Positions 1-8,726 of a DNA stretch of 13,109 nt are shown piece by piece; within the stretch, counting starts at the first letter, position 1, and each line of letters opens with the position of its first letter. Both the position numbers and the translations under genes were made by a program. Source of the stretch: Zygophlyctis sp. KS116 (Eukaryota; Fungi; Chytridiomycota); NCBI GenBank assembly GCA_054661495.1, contig BAAFSQ010000278.1, positions 1-13,109 of the forward strand, given 5' to 3'. Below the pieces are notes generated by a model. That model was not told where the DNA came from. It did no database searches and worked only from the letters and a program-made list of their open reading frames with translations.

Positions 1-251
1 TATAAACATTTTTCATCTATTTCCTTTAAAGAAATCGCTTAAAATAAAATAAATGATTTCATACCAACAAGAAAGAATGCTCCATTTCCCAACTGTGAAG
101 TAATAGTCTCCTCTAGTTCGGACAATCGTTTACGTGCTGCATCATCCAATTCAAGTAATGTTCTTGATCTTTTTCTCCTCTTTACAATTTTTAAAAGTGG
201 CGATGTATTTAATCCTGATGCTGTCATATCAGAAATTGCAGATGTAAGCAT
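1..251 (-). CDS. 5' part of an uncharacterised protein that continues beyond the window start
   Basis: ATG at 251-249. Removing the 27-nt minus-strand intron 64..38 (gtatgaaatcatttattttattttaag) removes the stop and gives ...RLSELEETITSQLGNGAFFLVAISLKEIDEKCL, open to base 1. Confidence 0.7.
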
Positions 252-299
252 ATTAAGACTGTGCTAGATTGTATCTTTCGCGTTGTGATGGCGAGTTTC

Positions 300-316
300 A
301 CGCGACCGTGTCAAGA
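300..316. promoter_or_regulatory. Candidate promoter element ACGCGACCGTGTCAAGA, copy 1
   Basis: Exact 17-bp match to 9876-9892. Both copies lie between divergent start codons. Function is inferred. Confidence 0.55.
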
Positions 317-425
317 AAACTGCCGCCATCAGATCAAAGACTCTAATCATCTTGCACATCTACATCTAGGGCCATTCTCAAATTTCACATTTAAAATTAT
401 AATAGTCCAGGTCGAGGTCAGAGAA

Positions 426-980
426 ATGTCAAATTTGAATCGATTTTCTGCATTTGATCTTTTAAAATTCAATAATATTAATCTTGATCCTCTAACTGAA
501 ACATATAATATATCATTTTATCTCCAATATTTGGCTCAATGGCCTGATTACTTTGTTATTGCAAAATCATTTAATGGTGATCCCATGGCTTACATTATGG
601 GAAAAGCCGAAGGTGAAAATCAACTTTGGCATGGACATGTAACAGCTTTAACTGTTGGTCCAAAGTTTAGAAGATTAGGCCTTGCTAAAACATTGATGGA
701 CTATTTAGAAAATGTATCAGAAAAAATGTAAGATTTTCCTTTTAAAGCTAGATATAATACATTTTTCGTTGATTTATTTGTCCGAAGTTCAAATTCAATT
801 GCAATTTCAATGTATGAAAAATTTGGATATACAGTCTATCGAAGAGTTTTAGAATATTATTCTGGATCATCACCTGAAGATGCACTTGACATGAGAAAAG
901 CATTATCTAGGGACATTGATAAAAAGAGTATAATACCACTTTCAAAACCAGTCAGACCAGATGAACTAGAATGGATATAA
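426..980 (+). CDS. NAT3: NatB N-terminal acetyltransferase catalytic subunit (NAA20/Nat3), 176 aa
   Basis: Exons 426-727 and 752-980; 24-nt intron 728-751. Motifs FNNINLDPLTETY, YIMGKAEG, WHGHVTALTV, FVDLFVRSSN and YRRVLEYYSG...EDALDMRKAL are typical of NAA20. Confidence 0.96.
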
Positions 981-1101
981 ATCGTGTTTAATATAACTTA
1001 CTATATCCTTTAAGAAGCCCTAAAGTTTTATAAACCCTACAGTTTAATAAGAGGTTAATAAATCTTATAAGAAGAAACCCTAAAATGTTATAAAACTCAA
1101 A

Positions 1102-1550
1102 ATGGAACCATCAGCCATGGAACTTGTATTTCTAATAATTATTCATACATAGTTGTACAAATTACACGCATATGCGTATAACCCATCTATAAATATTCCA
1201 AATCCCTATGTTGATCAATCTGCCCTTGAAACTAGTAAGCCCAGCAATGATTTTGACAATCTTAAACCCAAAAAAGACACCAAGAGAAGAAGTCAAGTCA
1301 AAATTGCTTGTATTCATTGTAAAAAGGCATGTAAGAAATGTGATAATGCAAGACCTTGCAGTCGTTGTATAAGAACTGGAACTGCCTCCACTTGTGTTGA
1401 CGCTCCTAGAAAAGAACGTAAAAAAGATAAAAAGACTGATTCATTTGGAATGCCAGGTATTTATTTAAATTTAAAATTATAGAAATTTTAGCTCCCTATG
1501 ATCAATCAGTAGTTGTGAATTCTTCATACTACAGCTCTTGTATTTCTTAG
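1102..1550 (+). CDS. Small fungal Zn(II)2Cys6 binuclear-cluster transcription factor, about 131 aa
   Basis: CIHCKKACKKCDNARPCSRCIRTGTASTC followed by a basic RKERKK. Proposed exons 1102-1125, 1153-1456, 1483-1550; introns 1126-1152 (27 nt) and 1457-1482 (26 nt). The 3' end is uncertain because a further intron from 1540 is possible. Confidence 0.85.
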
Positions 1551-1791
1551 CGCTTTTTTCAGATTTAGTAGCTGTAAAATACATTTGTTTTTTAAGAGAT
1601 TGTTGTGTCTTGTGTAGAGTAAAATTTTGATTTACTCTTATAGGAATGCTTATAGGACTCTTACACAAAGTTATATGGATTAAAAGGGTATAACCTAGTG
1701 ATAAAGGGGAATAAACAAGTTTCTCAAACAGGGGTAAAAACTCTTAAAAACTCTTGAAATCAAGAAAAATTTACAAAAAACTCTTGAAAAA

Positions 1792-2532
1792 ATGGAATCA
1801 GATTCCGAAATAATCATTAAAAAAAAGGATGATTGTATAAAGGACAAGAAGGATCACTTGGCAAAATTACTTTCAAACAAATCAACAGCAGCAGCGATTA
1901 ATTCAACTCTGCTGGTTTTATCTGAATTGAGAAAAAGAGATCCGCCAGGTTTCAGTCTAGACTCTGCGACGCTAAAGGCAAGATTGAAGGCGGTAGTTCA
2001 AGTTGTAGTAAAATCAACTGTATCTGATCAGGAAACTCCACTACTTCAAGAACTTTCTGCATTATTTAATTCTCCTTCCGCTCTAACTTCTGCTCTACTT
2101 TCTTTTTCTAATTCTTCTATAAATAATGCAAATAGCTCAAAAGATCTGACTCTAGAAGAGATTTTGGATACCAATAGATTATCAGATTTGATTAATAATG
2201 AAGATTTTTCAAATTTAAGTGAACTCGGGTCAAAGAAGAAGCCTTTTATAAAATTTAAAAGATCTCAAAGACTAAAGTCTTGTAAAACTACAAAGAAAAT
2301 CCTAAAAAAAGCATCTAGAAAATTAAAAAAGATGGATGGTATACCTTTTATAATTTAAATTTTACTAGGAACTTTATCTTGTTGTCTTTTAGAAACTTCA
2401 CCAATGATGAAGCCTATTTCTGGATCTTTGGAACTTTTACAGAATCATGGAATGACTTTTTTAAATTCTTTAGAAGTGCCTGGGCTGCCTCTATTGGAAT
2501 TAAATGGATTTCCATTCCCTTACAAACATTAA
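1792..2532 (+). CDS. Uncharacterised protein with a Lys/Arg-rich segment, about 236 aa
   Basis: ORF from ATG 1792. Removing the 30-nt intron 2339-2368 (gtatac...tactag), which contains the stop, extends the frame to TAA 2530-2532. No family recognised. Confidence 0.7.
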
Positions 2533-2567
2533 TAAAATCTACAATAGTTTTCTAAAACTCTTTTTTT

Positions 2568-3128
2568 TTAGAGAAATTTATTTGGCTGTTGACTAGTTGC
2601 AAACATACTTGAAATAAAATTAATCAGTGTTTTGACTAGATTAGATCTCTTTTTAGGCTGATTAGAATCAAAGGATGGGAGAGTATATTCATTAGCAGAG
2701 AGAGATAAAAAGTATAACAAGGGTAAACTCCACACACAAATGCCAAAAAATGAAGTTACTTCACGAAAAGTGTAGTAATGGTGATGAGTAAAGTAGGAAA
2801 ACCACATAAAATGATTGATGAGAACTGCCAAAAAAGAAATAATTACATTAACAGAAGTAATTGACACGTTTGGAAAGGTTTCTAGCATTGTAGAGAGTAT
2901 ATATAGAGTCAATAAAGAAAATAGAGTATGATAAATTGGAAATGATTCAAACAATAATAACAAGTGAATTCCAGCAATTACAAATGTTGCACCAGTTAAA
3001 ACTTTTTTTGTAAGTACAGTGTATTCCTCAATGAGTTCTGCTAAATAATACATTCCAGCTGTAAGAGATCCTAAGAGTATTCCTGCTCCTAGAATTATTC
3101 CAAAATATGACAAGAAGTGAAAAATCAT
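2568..3128 (-). CDS. SVP26: Svp26/TEX261 (Erv26 family) ER-Golgi cargo adaptor membrane protein, 186 aa
   Basis: Intronless ORF with the signatures SLTAGMYYLAELIEEYTVLTKK, NHFMWFSYF and SFFGICVW...LSLSANEYTLPS, plus several hydrophobic segments. Confidence 0.93.
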   Translation of the reverse strand: MIFHFLSYFGIILGAGILLGSLTAGMYYLAELIEEYTVLTKKVLTGATFVIAGIHLLLLFESFPIYHTLFSLLTLYILSTMLETFPNVSITSVNVIISFLAVLINHFMWFSYFTHHHYYTFREVTSFFGICVWSLPLLYFLSLSANEYTLPSFDSNQPKKRSNLVKTLINFISSMFATSQQPNKFL

Positions 3129-3150
3129 TTTTTTAGGGCTTTTTTGGCAT

Positions 3151-3182
3151 GTTGGACTACGATTGGACTACTATTGGATTGG
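3151..3182 (-). promoter_or_regulatory. Cluster of CCAAT boxes / short TTGGA repeats upstream of SVP26
   Basis: ATTGG at 3162, 3173 and 3178 and GTTGG at 3151, in the SVP26/ENA divergent gap. Confidence 0.4.
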
Positions 3183-3332
3183 ACGCTGGATCACTGGGGA
3201 ATGATCCAACTGGCGAATGATTTTAGACATTATATTTTTAAATATTTAAATAAAACTACACATGGCAATCCCATTTTAGCGCATTTTTAGCGTATCAGTG
3301 GCTGGAAACTTTCCAAACGGTGGAAATTAGAA

Positions 3333-6300
3333 ATGACAAATCATACTTGGCACGATAAAAGTGCGATTGACTGCATTGAAAATCTAAAAACTAATATAGA
3401 TAAAGGACTATCAGCTATAGAGGTTGGAGAGCGTTTGGAAATTTATGGTCCGAATGAGTTGTTTGCGGCATCATCATTGTCTTGGGTACAAGTTTTAATC
3501 TCAAATCTGTTTAATCCAATGAATTTTATTTTAATGGCTGGACTTGTAATTTCATCTGTTTTTAATGACTGGCCAGACGTTGGCGTTTTAGCAGTCGTGA
3601 TAATTACAAACACATTGATTGGATTTAAACAGGAATATTCATCAGAGAAAACTATAGAGGCTTTAAAGAAATTATCATCGCCTGTTGCAAAAGTAAAAAG
3701 AGATGGGATAGTAGATATTATTGCTTGTCCGACAGTTGTACCAGGTAAGCTTTTTAATACTAAGAAAAGGTGATATCGTATATATTGAAGAAGGATCAAT
3801 AGTTCCGGCAGATTTAAGACTATTTGATGCTGTTAATTTAAATATTGATGAGGCTTTATTAACAGGAGAATCATTACCAGTTAACAAAAATACTGATTTT
3901 ATTGCGGAAAGAGAGGCTCCAGTTGGAGATAGAACAAATATGGCCTTTAAAAATACTCTAGTTTCAAGAGGAAGAGGGATTGGAATAGTTGTATCAACAG
4001 GTTTAAATACAGAGATTGGTAAAATTGCAAAGATGGTTTCTAGTTCTGAACAGCAAAAAAGTGTAGAGGATATTCATATGTTGGATGATCCAAATGAGGC
4101 TCATGTGGTTCCAAGGAGGACGGGGATGGGTGTGATTTGGGGGAATGTGGTTGCATTCTTTAATTCTAAATCTAACAAAACTCCTCTTCAAAGTTCTATG
4201 AATGGTCTCATGTTCATTTTAACTCCGATTTCATTGTTTTTAGCGGTTATTGTTTTTGCTACAAATTCATGGAAATGGGATCACTATATAGTTTTATACG
4301 CAGTTGGTGTGGTTATCGCTATTCTTCCGGAAGGACTTCCTGCTGTTGTGACTGTGACAATGGCGGTAGGAGTAAGGAAAATGGCAAAACAGAAGGCAAT
4401 TGTACGGAAATTGGCGGCTTTGGAAGCTCTCGGACAGGTCACTAATATTTGTTCGGATAAAACAGGAACTCTAACAGAGGGAAAAATGTAATTTATTAAA
4501 GATTCTGATTAAAAGGAATTCTAAAAAAGCATGGATTGCTGGTCAGATTTACAATATAACTGGTGAAGGATTTACTCCTGAAGGAACTATTACCGCCGTA
4601 AATTCACTTGATGATACAAATGGAGATGTTCTAAAGAAAGGAGCAATTACTGAGTCTGATACTCCAATTCTTTGTAAGCTACTTTATTCTAATAATAAAG
4701 ACTATACTATGATGGTTTGCGCACTATGCAATTCATCCACTTTATATTTTGAACCAAAGGACCAAGTTTGGAAATGTACGGGTGATCCAACTGAATCAGC
4801 TTTGGAGGTTCTTGCAAGAAAGGCGGATATCTCAAAGGATTAGTAATAACTTTTTTTAATCCTTGTAGTCTCCTTACTTCATATGAATTTGTAGCAGAGA
4901 TGCCTTTCGATTCGGATCTTAAAATAATGACGGTGGTTTATGCCAAAATGGATAATCGAAAGCATTGTATTTACCTAACAAAAGGTAGCGTAGAACGAGT
5001 GTTGGAATATTGTATTAATTTCATCGCTCAAGATGGTACAATTTTCCCAAAGACGTCGGGTAAATATTAAGAGCACAATTTACTATAAGATTTTGAAAAA
5101 ACAGTCAACGAAATGATGCTTAAGATGACTAGTAAGGGAATGAGAGTTTTGGCTGTGGCATATCGGACTCAAGATTTGCCAAATGATTACCAAAAAGGGA
5201 ATTTTGTCTATGAAAAACGAAGTGAAATCGAGACTAATTTAGTTTTTTTGGGACTATTCGCCATCTACGATCCCCCCAGAGCAACAAGTGCAGAGGCTGT
5301 AGAGATTTGCCGTGATGCTGGAATTGAAGTCCATATGGCAACTGGGGATCACCCCTCAACCGCTGTGTCAATTGCGCTGGATATTGGAATCCTCACAAGA
5401 AATGGCTTAACAATTGAACAGATCTTGAAGAGAAATGATTTAGCGATCACCGCTGCTGATTTCGAGAAACTCACTGATTCAGAGGTAGACGCTCTACCTT
5501 CATTGCCACGAGTATTAGCTCGATGTTCTCCTCAATCTAAAGTCAAACTTATTGAGGCTTTACATCGCAGGAATAAGTTTGTAGTTATGACGGGTGATGG
5601 GTGAGTAAAATAATGAACTAAAACATAGAGTGAATGATGCACCGGCAGTCAAACGGGCTGATATAGGTATTGCAATGGGCTTAGCGGGATCAGACGTGAC
5701 AAAAAATGCATCAAAAATAATTTTGACTGACGGTAGACTGATATACTAAATAATTAGACAATTTCGTAACCATTTTAAGAGCGGTCAAGGAGGGCCGTGG
5801 TATTTTTGCGAATATTCAAAAGTTTGCCGTTCATTTGTTAAGTGGAAACGTTTCTGAAGTGATTGTGTTGATTATTGGGCTAGCTTTAAGAGATGCCTCT
5901 GACCAAGCTGTTCTTCCTATGGTATGTTTGAATGAGCTAAGATAATCAGTCTTCTATACAAATTCTTTGGTTAAATATGGTGACTTCCTCGCCAATAGCG
6001 CTTGCTCTTGGATTTGAAAGAGCCGGCCCTGATATAATGCAAGACCCACCACGGTCTAAAGAGACATCTTTATTTACAAGAGAGCTTTCTTTAGACACGA
6101 TTGTTTATGGATGTATTCTTGGCGGATTATCACTCGTTTCATTCATTTTAGTAACTATCATTCATAAAGTTCCTTCTTATGAAACCAACAATTGTATACG
6201 TTATTATGACAAAAATGATCACCAGCATTGTGAAATCATATATAAAGCCAGGTATTATTATACTTTCTAATATGTATAGAGCCACGGCATTCTACAGTCT

Positions 6301-6697
6301 TTCCATCATGCTTCTCTTACATGGTCTAAACTGCAGAAACCTGGATTTGAGCCTTTTTCAAATGACTTGGGATAAAAATTGTCGATATTTAGTTATAAGT
6401 ATTATTCTGGGAGTGATTCTAACTGTTCCCACGGCGTACATTCCCGGAGTTAAAGATTTATTCCAGCAGGAAAGCATTGAGTAATTTTTATTCACTGAAT
6501 TAATTTTTAGTTTTGAATGGTGGCTTATTATTACAGACTGTGCTCTTTTCATGATACTATCTGAACTATATAAATTGGCAAAGCGATCTATCAAGAATAA
6601 AAAGCGGCCGCTTCGTCGACAACATTCTAAAGAAATGGTAGACTCATTAGATGGCGATCATAAGGCGAACATTAGTCTAAATAACCTTAAAGTATAA
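3333..6697 (+). CDS. ENA1: P-type IID (ENA-type) Na+/K+-efflux ATPase, about 1029 aa
   Basis: P-ATPase motifs [30 protein letters not shown] and TGDGVNDAP, plus ENA-like [19 protein letters not shown] and NMVTSSP. Ten introns: 3745-3769, 4488-4515, 4674-4700, 4843-4868, 5060-5089, 5601-5628, 5733-5757, 5922-5949, 6252-6279, 6481-6510. The spliced frame (3090 nt) is open to TAA 6695-6697. Confidence 0.9.
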
Positions 6698-6769
6698 CTG
6701 ATTCAATGGTTAGTATTGACACAAGTTTTTGCAATAATTTTCAAATCATTAAATGCTTTGGAGTGGAGT

Positions 6770-6835
6770 CTGTATGCCCTGAAAATATTGTCCGAATATG
6801 TACTGTATGCCCTGAAAATATTGTCCGAATATGTA
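6770..6835. repeat. Perfect 33-bp tandem duplication (2 copies)
   Basis: ctgtatgccctgaaaatattgtccgaatatgta at 6770-6802 and again at 6803-6835. Confidence 0.95.
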
Positions 6836-7276
6836 TCACTTTACGAAAATACAAATGAATTTCATTTTTATCGGATTAAGTTTGCTTTCATGATCAAAAA
6901 AATCCAAGATGTACTAACGAGACCACTAGCATTTTAAATCAACGAAGTCCGCAAAACAAAAGTTTTATTGAAACTAAAATATATGAAAGTTGCATAAACC
7001 GAACTGATCACCAAATTAAATCGCTGTGATGACAAGTTTGAGAGCCAGTACCAGCTCCTGCTGTTGTCGCCATGAAAACCATTAATTAGCGTAACAGCTA
7101 CAACTACAAATGATCAAATCGGACACTGTAAATTATCAAATCGGACCAATACAAAAATTGACAAAACTAGTATCAAAATAATAAGTTAAGAATTTCTACT
7201 ATTAGAAGGATCCAAAGGATACAAAAACTGTGCTATCAATTCATGCAAAGTAGAAGGGGAATTCAGAAACAAGAAA

Positions 7277-7948
7277 ATGACAATTGTTCAAGTGCAAGAA
7301 TCTCTAAATCTCAAGTCTGTTATTAACAAGCTTCCTACAGAAATTCTGATTCAGATTATAGAAAAACTGGAAATTATTGATGCAAAATCGTTTTCGGATG
7401 CTTTAAGGATTCCATTTAAATTGATTTGTCAGTATCATTCTTACTCTGATGCCCATGAATACTGTCATTACTTTTTCTCAACAGACAAGACTGTATTTTA
7501 TAAATCATTTTACATGAACAAAACATTTCAATCTGCTGTACATGGAAACAAAAAAGTGTTTATTGCTATTGGAACTGATGATTTGAATATTCTAAAATCT
7601 GCTTTAAATGATCCTGAAATTGATCATAATCAGTATCATAATCCTATTACTTCTGCGTCTATTTTAGGAAATTTCGATGCTGTTAAACTCTTGGTTTCCG
7701 AGTATGGAATTGATCCCTCAAGTTGTAAAAATAGCGCAATTGTTGCTGCTTCAATGGAAGGCCATTATGAAATTGTAAAATATTTACTGTTGGATAAGAG
7801 AGTAGATCCCTCTGATCAAAATAATGAAGCACTACGATTAGCAGTCTCTAATAATCATGAAGAAATCATTAAACTTTTACTCTCAGACTCTAGAGTAGAT
7901 TCAGAATCTGTTTTAGATTATGAGTCTCAAGATGAAGTTTATGAATAA
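7277..7948 (+). CDS. Ankyrin-repeat protein with an N-terminal F-box-like motif, 223 aa
   Basis: N-terminal INKLPTEILIQIIEKL is F-box-like. About three ankyrin repeats, e.g. AIVAASMEGHYEIVKYLLLDKRVDPS and ALRLAVSNNHEEIIKLLLSDSRVD. Intronless. Confidence 0.85.
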   Translation: MTIVQVQESLNLKSVINKLPTEILIQIIEKLEIIDAKSFSDALRIPFKLICQYHSYSDAHEYCHYFFSTDKTVFYKSFYMNKTFQSAVHGNKKVFIAIGTDDLNILKSALNDPEIDHNQYHNPITSASILGNFDAVKLLVSEYGIDPSSCKNSAIVAASMEGHYEIVKYLLLDKRVDPSDQNNEALRLAVSNNHEEIIKLLLSDSRVDSESVLDYESQDEVYE

Positions 7949-7960
7949 AATTTCTAAAAA

Positions 7961-8518
7961 TCAATTATTAAATATTTGCAGTACTGGTCTTTGAATGATT
8001 TCTCTTAATTTCTGATGTAGAGGTATAAGAGTATTAGAGCATTTTTTACCAAATTCATTTGGATTTTCTAATAAATAAGCTTGAAATTCATCCAAAAATA
8101 CATTTGAAGAATATCCCTTCATTTTTAAATCATTTAGAATGACTTTTTTAATTTGAGCAGGCAAGTCATCAAACATTTTCTGTACAAATATTTGAAATTT
8201 AGGATTCAAGAAATAGTATGCATGAGCCCATTCATGATATAATGAAGATTGATCACCGATTAAAGATGCAATAATATATTTGCAGTCTTTTATCAGATCA
8301 TAGACTTGTTTTTCTAGAGAATTTAGAGATTCTTTGTGACTAGAGATCCAATCCTTATAAAAATCAAATGGGAAATTAATTCCTTTTAGCGGTCCTTTGA
8401 GTTTTCCTCCTTCATAGTCTTCATGAACTCTGCTGAATGCTAGTGATAGTTGTAGACTTGATCTGAATAAGAATATCATGACATTATCTGAATTAAATGT
8501 TTTAAAGTCTTGCGACAT
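7961..8518 (-). CDS. Uncharacterised protein with an HExxH zinc-metallopeptidase-like motif, 185 aa
   Basis: Intronless ORF with SLYHEWAHAYY and a downstream FLDEFQAY that could supply a third ligand. Activity is inferred from the motif only. Confidence 0.75.
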   Translation of the reverse strand: MSQDFKTFNSDNVMIFLFRSSLQLSLAFSRVHEDYEGGKLKGPLKGINFPFDFYKDWISSHKESLNSLEKQVYDLIKDCKYIIASLIGDQSSLYHEWAHAYYFLNPKFQIFVQKMFDDLPAQIKKVILNDLKMKGYSSNVFLDEFQAYLLENPNEFGKKCSNTLIPLHQKLREIIQRPVLQIFNN

Positions 8519-8551
8519 GAGATAAAATTTGAATTGAAGGTTTCCGTTTGT

Positions 8552-8567
8552 CCGACCGACCGACCGA
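8552..8567. repeat. (CCGA)4 microsatellite in a divergent intergenic region
   Basis: ccgaccgaccgaccga read directly from the sequence. Confidence 0.85.
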
Positions 8568-8726
8568 CTCTAACGATTGACCGATGATACCGATTCAACT
8601 TTGCGATTTAACAGATTCAGAGGATTTAACAGATTTATGGACATGCAGCACATAAAAGACCATTGCACACAACTGACAGACTATAGGGTTCACTTTTAAA
8701 TTTAGATTTGTGGCACCGTTTCAAGA

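Noticed and set aside
261-425. N-terminal extension of the NAT3 ORF in the ORF track
   Set aside because: It begins at a non-ATG codon. NAA20 similarity starts at ATG 426, and the region holds promoter-like motifs.
1477-1668. 63-aa minus-strand ORF
   Set aside because: Non-ATG start, overlaps the last exon of the Zn2Cys6 gene, and shows no motif.
3443-6594. Antisense ORFs 3443-3799, 3675-3887, 4003-4191 and 6358-6594
   Set aside because: Shadow frames of the ENA coding sequence with no independent features.
3333-6697. Fragmented ATPase ORFs read as a pseudogene, programmed frameshifts or a variant genetic code
   Set aside because: Every break coincides with a 25-30 nt GT-AG segment whose removal restores the frame and conserved motifs under the standard code.
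6770-6835. CRISPR-like repeat
   Set aside because: Two abutting copies with no spacer, in a eukaryotic context with no cas genes.
6716-6937. 73-aa ORF spanning the 33-bp duplication
   Set aside because: Non-ATG start and no recognisable motif. The frame stays open partly because the repeat length is a multiple of 3.
7026-7115. Box C/D snoRNA candidate (GTGATGA at 7026)
   Set aside because: No downstream CTGA box D or terminal stem found at a suitable distance.
6927-7115. Minus-strand open frame SFVVVAVTLINGFHGDNSRSWYWLSN... as a membrane-protein remnant
   Set aside because: No start codon, no convincing splice acceptor and no recognisable family; cannot be supported without a search.
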